Assembly (NCBI RefSeq): GCF_009914755.1
Contig: NC_060930.1
Origin: the human T2T-CHM13v2.0 reference genome, Homo sapiens
Reading direction: 5' to 3' (one strand)
Length of the DNA: 64,000 nucleotides
The stretch's first letter is position 1; every line of letters begins with the position of its first letter. Below the pieces are notes generated by a model. It did not search any database, was not told the origin of the DNA, and was given only the letters and a program-made list of their open reading frames with translations. Below are positions 41,010 through 56,894 of this stretch, piece after piece. The position numbers and the translations under genes are program-made.

Positions 41010-41465
41010 TGTCAGGTCTGGGATTTTATTTTACCCTATTTACAAGCTAATAGTCTATTACTGTATCATGAAAATTGGCAGAAGAGATGAAATGTCTAGC
41101 CCAGTGACAAAAATTGTATTAATCACAACAGCACAAACAGCATGAGTATCATGTTTGCATTGATTCCCCTTGTCCCTAAGCCCTACAGGGGCAACAGAGA
41201 TGGCTAAGATGGATATTTGCACACACAGCAGGTTGCATTACTGGAGAGAACAGTGAGCTTGGGGAACTGCCATTTTATAGGAACTAATAATCAAACCTGC
41301 TCTTTTTCCAAAAAGGAGACTTTACTTCATCTCTTTAAGTTGCTTGCTGCAAACAGAACTCTAAGACATGGCCTAGGTAAAAAGCAGTCAGAGTTTTGCA
41401 GTCTTGGCATATGGCAAGACATGTGAGAGTGTGAGAGACTGAGAAGGACAATCTTCCAGCTGTCA
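41010..41465 (-). mobile_element. Old solo LTR (ERVL-like, family uncertain)
   Basis: TG start, TTTTACCCTATTTACAAGCTAA, GGCAGAAGAGATGA, CAGCATGAG..CATGTTTGCA..TTCCCCTTG, minus-strand TATAAAA near 41273. Confidence 0.5.
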
Positions 41466-42748
41466 CTATTTTCCAAGTCCTATTTCAAATCATACTTCCT
41501 CATCAGTGTGCGCCCCAACTGTATCAGTCCACAGTAACTTTCTCCTCTGAATCCTGTGACTTCACCTCTCAAACTTACTATAACACTTGACCATAAACCT
41601 TGTATTATGATAAAACTGTATGTTTCCTCTTTCCAGCATGATTTTATAACTTCTGAAGATTTTTTAAAATCTGTTTGTAACTCCCACAAAATAGCGACAA
41701 AACTGATAAAAACATGTGAGAAAATTAAATATGTTTTTATTTTAAGAAGAAAAACATTTTTAAGTATTGCAAATATTTCTTGAAATTTTGAGACACACGA
41801 TATATAACCATAGACAATAAATCTGAAACCAGACGTGGCATTTTGGTAAATACATTATCATTCCTAGACCTCAAAACCATGTTAGAGTGTTCATAAATCC
41901 ATGTGTTCATAAATCAGGTGATTGCTAATGTTATTTTTTGGTCTTTTTTGTATGGCATTCCATTTCATAAAGGCAGATTATATATAGCACTATAAAATTA
42001 TATAAATATATTTCATATTTTTCTTATATATAGTAAAGCAAGAAAATTTAAAAAACAAAAACAGGGTTTTTTTCCATATAGTATTCACCAACTTAAGGGT
42101 TATTGATGTTTCCCAGAACACACAGTTTGGAAAATTGTACCTCAGATAATCAGAGGCAGATGGCCACCAACAGTTGTTTAATTTACTTCACGATATTCTT
42201 AAATCACATAGTCTAATTCAAAAAAGGCAACTTAAATAAACTCGTATCTGAGATATGGTCAAGTTGTAGGGCAACTTATTTCAATGGCCAAGCAAGTAGA
42301 TGGATGCATAGGGGATTCCTTAAGACATGGTTTATTTCATGGAGACTAGATCTTCTTGCATCTAGGCGTCTTTAAAGATACTTAAAAGCACTTGAAGAGA
42401 GGGCAGTGCACAAAATCAAAAACAGATGTTTTTCCTCTTAAAAATCAATTTCCTACTTAAAAATCAAAGTCCTAACTTCTTTCTCTACTTCCAGCTCTGC
42501 TCAATATTTCTTGATGAAATAACTGTTCCTATTCAATTCATATATAATCTAAGAGGACTAACTTTAACAAGTCCACATTCTTTAACTTTTAAGTCTGCTT
42601 GCCACTGTTCATACCAACAGAATTCCACAGTCTTTCCAGGCTGCCAAGCACATTTATCCCAGCTAGAAGCTGCCTAACTTTCCCTGCAGATGTATGGTAA
42701 AGCTCACTCTTTAAAATTGTCAGTTTTATTTTCTTAAAATCTACACCA

Positions 42749-43066
<318 letters not shown>

Positions 43067-43336
43067 CTACACCTTTATTCCATATCCTCTATATTTCCCC
43101 TCCGATTTGAGATTTAACAATTTAGACTTATTAAAAATAGCGCTTGGTAAATATTATCATTGGCAATGACTAATATTTGGAAAAGGTACTTCTGTTCAAA
43201 ATTGTTGATTTGAAAGTATACATTTTACCACAATAAAAAAAAAAGTAAAGGGATCTTTTTCAGTGGCATAAAGCAAGCAGAGAACAAGAAGGGGAACAAA
43301 AACAAACACAATTTTGGAGAGCTAGAAAGTAGATGG

Positions 43337-43663
43337 TGGCCGGGCCCCGTGGCTCAGACAAATCCCAGCACTTTGGGAAGCCAAGGTGGGTGGATCGCTT
43401 GAACCCAGAAGTTCGAGATTAGCCCAGCCAACATGGTGAAACCCTGCCTTACTAAAACTACAAAAATTAGCCAGGCATGATGGGGCACACCTCTAGTCCC
43501 AGCTACGGGGGGGGGGTCCAGGTTGGGAGAATCACCTGAGCCTGAGAAGTTGAGACTGCGGTAGGTTGTGATCTCCCCACTGCACTCCAGCCTGGGCGAC
43601 GGGAGTGAGACCTGTCTCAAAACAAAAACAAAAACAAAAACAAAAAACAAGCAAACAAAAAAC
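43337..43663 (+). mobile_element. Alu (AluJ-like) with (CAAAAA)n tail
   Basis: GGCCGGGC start, dimer structure, flanking tagatggt repeat. Confidence 0.88.
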
Positions 43664-45544
43664 ATAGATGGTACCTGATAATTGGTCTAATAGACCCGAG
43701 GAAAAAAAATCTGAAACCTAAGCCAGAAGTGGAAAAAAATAAGCAATATGATTTACACCATGGAATCTGTAAAATTCTCAGGAATTAGCAGCACCATTCA
43801 CCTCTAGATATGGGGCTGGAGGTGGAGTTAAAAGCAGAATTGGTTGAAAACCTTTTTAAGGAAAATTGTCCCTCAGATATCTGTCCCGTTCCATGCAGCC
43901 AAGCAACTGCTTCTCCCTACCCTAGCAGAAGATGGGAGCTTTAAGCTCTAGATATAGTTTTTCAAAAATATTTCTGGACTGAGAGATAATAGGTATAACT
44001 GAAGGCAGGGACACTATATTGAACAAAAGGAAATTAAGTTAAAATGTACATATTGAAATTTTATTTCCCCAATTCTCTTTCCCACCTGGCTTGCAGAATG
44101 CTGAAATTAAGCCTATATTCTCCAGGAAAGGGATCAGAAGACTCATTTCTGATGAGTCTTCATCAGAAATTTGACTGCCCCCAAAAAAGTGACTTCAAAA
44201 AAATGACACATTTTGAAATTCACATTTAAATTGCCCAATTTATCCTATGTGGAAGCCCATAATCTACAAGCTCCATCAAAGTTTACATTTTATGCAATAT
44301 AAGTGGATAGCCAAGGAGCTCCAGAGATTTCAGAAAAGTGTGAAAGGCAGAGACCAAAACAAACAGAAAGACAATTACTTGGAGGAAACAGAAACTATGC
44401 ATTTTAAAGAAAAAATTTTTTAAACTACCATTAGTGATTTTAGAGTTATAAGAACAGACATTATATGTAAAAAGTAAGAATAGAATGTTATTTTAAAACG
44501 CTTAGAAAATGCAGTAATTCTTGGAAATTAACAACATGATAGAAATTACAAATGTAATAGAAGGTCTGGAAGATATAATTGAGGAAATCTCTCAGGAAGC
44601 AAAGGATTAAGATGAACAGATAGAAAAGAAACAAAAGTAAAGAAAATTAGAAGCCCAGTCTAGGAGATCTAACATTCTACTAGTAAGATTCCAGGAGAAA
44701 GCAGGGAAAATGGAGAGAATAGGATAAGAAATTATCAAAGAAATAATTCAAATGGAGGAGCATGGATTTCTAGATTGAAGAATTCCATTAGTTAATCAGT
44801 ACAGAGGAAGCATACAGGCACATTGAGATGCATCATGGTGCAATTTTGGAACACTGAGGATATGGAGAAAATCCTAAAGTTTTCCAGAGAGAAAGAACAG
44901 AGCAAGGATAAAGAATCAAATGGCATGGAAATTCTGAAAAACAGTTGGAAGCTGAATGATCATATGCTTACAAACTTTATTTCCTATTCACTCTTTATCA
45001 GGAAGTTAGTAAAGTATGCACTCTTTCAGAAAAGTGAGTACACCAAGAAGGGGAAGTAATGGGATCAAGGAAACAAGGGGCCCCGTGCAAGATACAGGAA
45101 AAGGAAATCCTTAAGCTGATGGTGAAAGGAAAGCACACTACCTGATGGCAAAATCAGCTCCTCTGTAATACAATTAGCCCTATATCTCAAGAGTTAGAGA
45201 GGAAAAAATTAAAATTTTAATAAAACTATGAGTCCTTAATGTTTTACTGGAAAAATCACTGAGACGTCTTTTAGATAGAATGTGGTCATTTTTAAACATG
45301 CCCACAAATTCTGTGAAACTCCTTCCTATAAAGATAGAGATTAATTCCCTCCCTTGATGTGTGCTGGACTGAGTAATTCGTAATGAATAGAAAAAACTGA
45401 AAGTGATGAGATATGTTTTCAGAGCCTGCTATAGTAGCAGGATTGATAATCAGGAAATTTCCGTATGTGTGTGGTTGAGGTGGAGGTTGTGTGTGAGAAA
45501 GCCTCATCTTTCTTATGCGGAAGTATTATAAAAACTAATGGCTC

Positions 45545-45848
<304 letters not shown>

Positions 45849-47476
45849 TCAAACTGAAAAATCAAGAGAGGGCTATAAGCATGCTATGTACAACAATGCA
45901 ATAAATACCAAAAGAATTGGTTACAAGTGTAGAAAGAGTTGCTGTTATGAAACAGGAAGTGGCAGCAGATGTGGAAGTGGTGGAGGTCAGGGAGGGGAGC
46001 AGAGGTATAGGCAAATGATTAACTCTTTTCTGGATCTTTAAACTGTTTGCATGAATACATTTTTAAAAGTAAGTTAAAAAAGAAAAGAGAAGCAAGATAA
46101 TTGCTTAAATAGTCACCAAAATGTATGGAAAGAATCGGTAAATGTTACCAGTGTTACTGGTTTTACATCTTTTGCAGTGCCTAATTCTCTTCAAGGGGTC
46201 CCCCAAATATGGTCATTGCATACACAGAAAGACACATATCTACATGACATTAATCTCCATTTAAGATCTTCCAATGTTTTCTTAACTGATTCAAAATAAT
46301 CCTATGACTGGAGTCATAATAATATGATCTTCGACAAGAATCTGTTAGTGTTTGAGGTGAAACTAAACCTCTAGTGACCACTTTAAGCAGCTGTGGTGGT
46401 GATTATTTTTCTTCTACTGATTGATAGTATGAAAAAAATTCTAGTTATTAAGATTTTCTTTGTTTTAACCGTTGCTTCTATTCACAATGCCACTTAAAAC
46501 ATTTTAAAGCAGGAGCCAATTTGATTGAATAAATATTTATCAAATATTGACTACATAATTATAGTTTAGTGGGGGCAGGAAAAGCCTGTAATGAAATAAT
46601 TATAACGCTTTGAGATTTGTGCAAAGATTAATATAATGTACATGTCAGAGAAATAGTAGAGTGGTAATTTGCCTGGAAGCTGCCTCAGATATGTATGGAA
46701 TGAAGCAAGATACACATTAACAAGTTAGTTAAGGAGTAGAAGGGTGATATGGGAAGGTTTTAGAGAACTTGAACGCTGAAGAGGTTTTTGCAAGATGGGT
46801 TGTTTACCAGGCGTAAAGAAGGGGAAGAGCATTTCAGGAAGAAGGAACAGCATATGAAAAGGGACAGAGGCATGAACAGTATTGTGTATTTAGGAACCAA
46901 ACTAGTTCAACATTGACCCAGTACCAGATGCAAGAGATGGAGTGAAAGGCAGAGGGCAGGTGACAGAAGGCTTTATCTGTCATCATAGGATAATTAGCTG
47001 GAGAGACCATGGAGAGGCAGTAAAGAAACTGGTGATACCATCAGGTACAGATGGATCATTCCGATGAAGGACTTTTTTTTACTTTATATAATGACTACTA
47101 TATAAACACAGAGAAAAATAGAGTAGTATAATGAACCACCATAAACAAAGATTTGACAATTACTAACATTTTAAAAATAGTATTTATTGAGGAAAATTTC
47201 AAGAATAAACAAAAGTGAGAAAATAAGACAATAAAGCTCTATGTACCCATGAACCAGTTTCAACAATTATCAACCCATTGCCAATTTTATCTATGTTCCC
47301 ACACTTCCCTCCATTACCGGATTTTTGAGGCACATTCCAAATACATCATTTCATCTGTACACATACAAATATATATCTCTAAAGAAAGGACCCATATAAA
47401 AACTGCAATATCACCATCATATCTAAGAAATAACAAGGATTTCTTTTTTTTCTTTTCTTTTTTTTAGGAAAGTGAC

Positions 47477-48063
<587 letters not shown>

Positions 48064-48232
48064 ACAACATCAAATATCCTGCCAGAATTTAAGTTCCGCT
48101 TACCTCATAAAGGTATTTGTTTGAATTGGGATTTAAATAAAGTTTATATATTGCACAATTGAAATGCTCCTTAAATGTCTTTTTTGTTTGTTTAATCAAT
48201 CCTTTATTTGTAGACATTTGATTCATTAAAAA

Positions 48233-49661
<1,429 letters not shown>

Positions 49662-49719
49662 TCAAATTCTGCACTACAAGTTTTTTCTTTTTAGCTTAAC
49701 TTCAGCAAACTTTTTAAAA

Positions 49720-49945
49720 TTTCATTTTTTATTAACAAATAATAATTGTACATAGTCATGGGGTACATAGTGAAGTTTTGATACATATTATGTATAGTGA
49801 TCAGATTAGGGTAATTAGCATTTCCATCATCTCAAACATTTATCATTTCTTTATATTGGGAATGTTCAATATTCCTCCTTCTAGCTATTTGAAACTATAC
49901 ATTATTGTTAGCTATAGTCATCCCACAGTGGTACAGAACACAAAC
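49720..49945 (-). mobile_element. L1MA-like 3' end
   Basis: AATAATTGTACATAGTCATGGGGTACATAGTGA...GATCAGATTAGGGTAATTAGCAT. Confidence 0.75.
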
Positions 49946-50310
49946 TCACCTTTTTAATCCTTTTCTCATGCCAAAATCCCAGGTCCTAATAGCATCAACG
50001 TAATAACTACTTTTCTCTGTACCACAATATACATCCAAATAAGTGTGCAAATCACTTTACACAATAAACAAGGTGTATTTTGAGAAGTCTGGCCTTTATC
50101 CTTATTGCATTTGCATCCACCCTGTTTTCTCCCTTAAATGGCACCTTTTAAAAAATGTTTTGAGTTAGCCTTCCATTTAAAATATATATAAAATCCCTCC
50201 TTCTTAGATAAATGTTAGTTTATGATGTACATTTTTATCTACCTCCTTTTTTAACTTAATATATTCTAGTGGTCATCATGCCATGCAGCAAATAAGATTT
50301 TGCTCATTAA

Positions 50311-50603
50311 TTTTTTTTTTTTTTGAGACAGGGTCTCATTCTGCCACCCAGACTGAAGTGCAGTGGTGTGATCACAGCTCACTGTAGGCTCAACCTCCTG
50401 GCCACAAGCAATTCCCCCATCTCAGACTCCCAATTAGCTGTGACCATAGGTGTGTGCCACCATGCCCAGCTAATTTTTCAGTTTTGTAGAGATGGGGGTC
50501 TCCCTGTTTCCGAAAGTAGTCTTGAACTCCTGAGCTCAAGTCATCCTCCTGCCTCAGCCTCCTAATGTGCTGGGATTGCAGGCATGCACTACCATGCCTG
50601 GCT
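50311..50603 (-). mobile_element. Alu (AluJ-like)
   Basis: Poly-T, GAGACAGGGTCTCATTCTG...CCATGCCTGGCT; flanking ctcatta repeat. Confidence 0.88.
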
Positions 50604-53600
50604 ACTCATTACTTTTTAAAATAGCAATATAGCACTCTATTCTGTGTGGATATATTATAGTTCATTCAATCAGTCTTCTATTGATAGATGTTTGGTTGTT
50701 TTCATTTTTAGTTTAGTTAATACAAATACATCTACCACATTTTGTCACATTTGATTAATCTTTTCTGTTAATTATTTTAAAGAAAAATACAGACATGGTA
50801 TTTTTTCCAACTTAATGTATATCTCTAAAAATAATATGCTAACTAATCATACTACCATTATCATACCTAACATAATTAACAAAGTGGCAGTTGGTTTTCA
50901 GAAAGAGCAAGAAGAGAGAGCCACTACTGTGGTGAGAAAAACCAAAACTAAAGCAGTGGCAGTGTATATTGACAATAGGAAATTTACTCAATGGACATTT
51001 AGGGGTGGGGTGTCAGGGGGAGTTATTCAGCAAGCCTTTGTGATATAATAAGCATTTTTATTGTGGTTATTTTAAGATGACTTCAGTTTACCTACTATGA
51101 GGGTAAAAAAAACTCCTTTGATTATGTACACACTTCCATTCTATTATAGTCCATATGGCTTTTAATCTTAAAGCATGATTCTTGAGGAAAATGAATCCTT
51201 GAGGGAACAAAAAGATAAGTAGAATAAAGAACATTTACCCCATTTGTCACAAAGACACTAGTCATACCAGAAAATAAAGGGGACAGCACATAACTCAGGA
51301 AATATGCAGTAAAATTATGGTCTTCAGCCTAATCCCCACTTTCTTGAGCAAAACAAGGCATGTGGTTTTGTCCATGACCAGTCAAGATATTCTAGATGTC
51401 CTCATGACCAAATGAGTCTGTAATTTCAAAGGTGTATTTCATACATTTTATATTGGTAAGTTAGAGAACCTTTTATGAAAAGTTTGACATTAACAGTGGA
51501 AAACCTAATGTATAATATGAAATGGAGAATAATCTTCCACAATAGTGCAACTACACATGTAGATTATCATCTCATTTATTCAATCATTCTGCAATTTTGT
51601 AGCATAATAAAAATACCATAGAGTATTTGACTGAGTGTCAGGGATTGTGCCAGGTGCTGGGAGTACAAAGACAAATAATATATGCTCTTTGCCAAAGAAC
51701 TCACAGACTAACTGGGGATAAAGACTTGCAGGAAAATACTCAGCATATAGGGTAGAGATATGTGAGAGTTACTAAGGGAGTTGGGGATTAGAGGGAAACT
51801 CACTCAGTCCAGAAGTGGGGTGGGGAAATGAGCCAGTAAGGACAGTTTTCATTGAGTAGGTGACATATGCAGGAGGTTGATCAGTTGGACTTCATGCGAT
51901 GGATAAGGAGCATAGCATGAACTGGAAATGGACAGGAACACTTCTGAGAGGTTTCTGGTGTGGATGTACCACTATCTCACTGGTGTTTTATGGAAATCAC
52001 TTGATTTTAGTGTGGAGAGTGAAATGGAGGTGGGAGTAACTGGCAGTTACTTCCATTACCGCCAGTGGTTTCTAGCCACTTAGAAGTAACTTCAAGAATA
52101 CAGATGAGGCCCTCAACTAAGGGGCGAAGGAAAATCAAGATGAATTTAGGATGTAGGATTAAAAGAATTTGGTGACAGATTGGATGTAAATAGTAAGAGA
52201 GAAAGGGGTCAGAAATAAATAGAATGTTTTAGTTTTGACAATGGGGTCGTTAACTAGGAAATGAAATTTTGGAGAAAACAGAGATTTAGCAGGGAGAAAA
52301 GGAAATAATGAGTTTAGTTTAGAGCACACCAAATACATGCTTATGGGACATGTAGTTGCAGTGACTATTAGGGAATAGCAGCAGATGGGTGAAGAAGGTA
52401 GAGAAGAGAAGTTTTCTGTGTAAAGTCTATCCAGGGAAAACATCTACCTTGAGAAAATGCCAGCCATAGAGCCACGTGCATACCACCATTTGTGGAAGGT
52501 TAAAGAATTATAGGAGACTGAAAGAGATTTAGAATTAGTAGCCAGCAGAAATACAGGAGAAAAATCAAGGTGGAGACATTTCTCTGAAGCCTATCAAGAA
52601 GAAAGAACCAACGAAGGAGAAGTCAGGAGTGTCAGGCACTGTAAAAAGATAAAAACAGACTAGGAACAAAATGCTGACTTTACTGTAATTAGTGACAGTA
52701 AGTCAAGTTTCAGTAGAATATGGGATTAGAAACCAGATTGCAGTCAACTGGGATGTGTCAGCAAATGAAGAATCAACAAGCCTGAGAACAATGGGTACCA
52801 GTCATTAAATACCTAATCTTTCAAAGAAGTATTATAGTATTGTGCCATTTTACTTGAGGGAAGGAGACTTGCTTAAGGCCACTGGGCTAGTCAGTGGCAA
52901 GGTAAGCATTTTAACATAGGATTGTCCAGTTTCCAAACTGGTAATGCTTCTTCCACAATATGTTTTCTTAAAGTTTGCCAGTGAAAGGATGAGGGAGACA
53001 CTGGTGAACTGTTAGGAAAGAATTGTCAAGGGAATATTCTTTCTAGAATGGTAGAAACTTGAGCATGCTTTCAGGCATATGAGAAGGAGCCAGTGGAAAG
53101 GGAAGAGAGATAGATGATGAAGGTCACTGAAGACCTAGCAGGAACTAGAGCACTCATGTCTCTCTAAGAATAAGCAATTCCATATACTAGTAATTATTCA
53201 ATTTGCTCTTCCCTAAGATTTTCCTCATGACATCAAATCAACCTTTCAGGCCTCATAATTTTATTAATTGAAAAATATTAAATACTCTATATCATCTCGA
53301 ACCATCTTTGGTCATAAAATTTTATCTTTATAGCTTTTCCTATAAAGTCTGCCATCCCAGAACTAGAAAGAACTGACCAAGATTACATGGTTTCTGTTTC
53401 GGTCTCCAACCTAAATTTGCCACAAATATTCCTGCCTATAAAAGGTAGCTACTAGGAATATTATCAACACTTAGCTTAATTATGTTTAACTTTAGATAAT
53501 AGAGAGCAAATCTTTGCCAAAAGACTCCTGGCTGAATTCATGCATAGAAGTACCGTCATAATCAATTGCCAGGTCTGGAAACATGATATTCTTGATAAAG

Positions 53601-53771
53601 AATTGTCCTTTGAGCTGTCTAAACTTGGGCAACCAGTATTGGGACTTTTTCTTCCATTCATTCATTTTGATTTGACATCTTCATGGGGGACTCCACCCAG
53701 CAGGTGTTCAGAAAGGTTTAAAATGGCATTTTTTCTCCTGTCTAGGGTGTGAAAAAATGTACTGTTTTGAC

Positions 53772-54299
53772 ATGAAGTTCTTCCAGACTGTCTAAACATT
53801 TTAGGCAGCCACAAGACAATCACAGGTTGTCTGGGGGGAACACTGACAGTCGGAGAATACTGCCAGTGGGAGTAGAAATTTTCTTCTTTATCTCATTTTT
53901 TAAGCACCCCTAAAGCAGTAAAAATCATCTCTGGTCTATTTACTTATTGGCTCCAACTCTTGTGATGCTTTATCTGGGGGTATTTTTTTTCAATAGTGGC
54001 ATTTGTCAGCTTTTCACATTTCTTTGACATCTTTGGGACAATCATTATACAAGTCTTGGTAGTCCTAATATGTGGCTTTCTATGGCTTTCTTCAGTGGTC
54101 ATTTGTATGTATTATGAGCATTTTTAGAATGCTCAAAACAGTATACATTTCCACATTCTAGATACGGGAGCACTTGGGGAAATTTTGTAGCCACAAATCT
54201 GCTCCTTGTTTGGAAAAGTTCCCTAAGATGGCCTACAATCAAATCACCCATCTCCTTGGAACACAAGAAATTGTACTTATGATCTATGTGGAATCTCAG
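53772..54299 (+). pseudogene. Unprocessed CALHM-family pseudogene, coding exon A (N-terminus to TM3 and second extracellular loop)
   Basis: Frameshift-corrected reading: MKFFQT/LNILGSHKTITGCLGGTLTVG/VEIFFFISFFKHP*SSKNHLWSIYLLAPTLVMLYLGVFFFNSGICQLFT/FFDIFGTIIIQVLV/PNMWLSMAFFSGHLYV.../HLGKFCSHKSAPCLEKFPKMAYNQITHLLGTQEIVLMIYVESQ then GTAAGT; collinear with CALHM6 exon 2 (528 vs 525 bp) with the same phase-0 SQ| donor. Confidence 0.85.
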
Positions 54300-56894
54300 G
54301 TAAGTATGTCTGGGCAGGCTATTATCCCCATGTTAGTGCCATTGTGAAGAATCATTCATTAGAGCACAGGGAAGTAAAGGTCGTGTGTATTTTCTTCCCA
54401 GGCATTTGCATGATCATGCACTCTGAAGGCTGGGTTATTTTTTACTCTGAAGGGTTAAGTGCTGAGAGTATGGACAGCACAAAGTGTCCTCGTCCAGCCT
54501 CTGTCCGCCTCCATCTCTACAAAGACCTTGAATCATGTTTCATAGGGAAGATTAAGGCCAACGGTCATGAGCTTGATCAGCGTCTTCCCCAAACATCTCT
54601 AATCCAATTCCCTTATCTGCCCACTTTCAACTTCATCATGCCTTTCTCAGGAGAAAGGGTAATCTTTATGCAGTTCAGAGTCAAATCTTTCTACTGTCAT
54701 CTTTATCCTGCCTTCTCCCACTTCCTCACAAGTTATTCCCTCTCTTTCATGTTTCAAATGTCTGAATTCTTAAGGAAAACAACAACAACAAAAAAAAAAA
54801 CTAAAATTAAAAGAGCAAACAGCCCAACCTTGCACTCAGTGTCCATTTACAGTCAAGTACCTTAACAGAATTATCTACACATAGGGTCTCACCACCCATT
54901 GACTCCTCTATCTTCAACGAGGCCTCTGCCTCTGCCACTGCCCTGAAATTGCTAAGAGGCAAAGACCTCCTCTACACCAGTTCCAACATCCCTTTTCTGG
55001 CCTAACTTGATTGCTTTTCTGGGCCATCTAACACCTCTGACCCCTTTATTTTCCTTGAAATTTGGCTTTGGTGTCACCAGTTTCTCCCCTCTACATCTCT
55101 GGCTGAAAGTTCAGCCTGACTTGTACTTTTCTTTTCTTATTGCCCCTTGAATGGTAGTATTTCTCAAGATTCTATCTTTGCCCCTTGTATTTTCTCAGGT
55201 CCATATTCTGTTCAGATCTTACCATCCACCTCCACTGCTGTTACTATTGTTTATACACTGATGACTCTGAAGTCTATCTTCAGTTCAGACCTCTCTTCTG
55301 AGCTCCTGGTATTGTTTGGATGTTTCAAAGGCACCTCAAACTCAAAGTATTCCAAGCTTATTAGCTTCTTCTTTTTAGCTGACTTCTTCTCCTGTGGTTC
55401 CTCCACTCACTCAGCCCCCTAAGCAAGATCCTCAGGAGCCGTTGCCAACTCCCTGTACTCACCAGCTGCACATCTTAATGCACTTAAAGCACTGGCAAGT
55501 TTGTTTTCTTTGTAATTTCACAGCTACCCCCACTACAAACTTAATGCCTCACAGATTGTTGAAAATTAAATGATGTACCACATATGCCTGGCATCTGATA
55601 AAAACGTTAATTGAATGCAAATCTTAAAAATCAGCATTTCCAGGTGTTTGAATTGCTTGGTATCCATTGGGAATTAACATTTCCTTTTCCACGTCATCAA
55701 AATCTATGTGATTCACACGCTACACACAGGAACAGCAAGTCACTAAATACAGTCTTCTGGCTTTAAAGATTTGTATCACTGAATGGTTCCAGAAATGAGA
55801 GGATTGTTCTGAATTTAGAATCCTTAGTGACTCCTGATGTGATTTAGGATTCCAGTGGAAATAGGTGTAGCGAGGGCCTGAAATGTATAAATTTTTTGAC
55901 TGTTTTATTTTGAGAGGTACCACCAATTCAAAACTGTGTCTTCTCCCTGTGGAATCTCCCTTTTCTAGGTCTTGTGGGCTGAGTAGCTGCACAACATAAT
56001 ACAACCTTCTATTCTCTTACTCCTGTGAACATTTCCTTTTTGTGAAGAGGAGAACCATGTAAATACAAGTTTTATTTCATTGAACATTCAACCATGTGAA
56101 AATGTAATAATAAGTAATTAATTTTTTTTGGTATTCTCAAATACATTACAGATTATCTGACCTATCACATATTTGTCATACAATGAACTTTGTTGCATTG
56201 CTATTAATAGAGATGAGAGAATCAGAAAATTAATTAGTTTGGATCCTGTTAATTGCAGGTAACAGAAACCTGACTCTATTCTCTTAATAACACAGTAAAT
56301 TTACTGATGCGAGTAACTGAAATTCCAGAGGCAGGGCAGGCTTTTCTTCTCTTCAATTCATTCATCCTCCTCATCCTCCCTATGTCAGCAGGAACCAGAG
56401 CCAACTATTTCCACAGATAGACAGAATAAGAGAGGAGCGGGGTGGCGGGGCAGTGGGGTGGAGAGAGAGACAGAGAGAGAGAGACAGAGAGAGAGAGATC
56501 CTCTTTCCATAACCATAGAGTAAAAATTGCGGTAATTGGACCATGCCAGAACTATTGATTGTTGTCTGGGCAATACTATGTGTGGACTGGCTTAGATCTG
56601 GATGGCAAGGAAGCGGTTTTAAACTGAGAATGAGCCACCTGAAGTAGATGTGCTGTTTAATTAAATGGTGGCTCCTATGGAGAAATGTCATTGAATTAGG
56701 AGAGGGGAAGACATAGGAAGCTAACAAATGTCTATTACATGAAGCATAATTAAAAGAAAATGGAAGAGGAAATAAAAGAGAAAGTAAGGAATTCCAGGAA
56801 GATTCCATGGAAGAAAAAAGAAGATTCAGTAGTGGCCACAGGGCTGCTAAAAAATGGATGACAAAAGAAACAGAAGGAAGAAAAATAAAGATTT

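Noticed and set aside
54344-54865. 173-aa ORF right after the pseudogene donor
   Set aside because: Non-ATG start, intronic, no recognisable family motifs, ends in an A-rich tract and L2-like sequence
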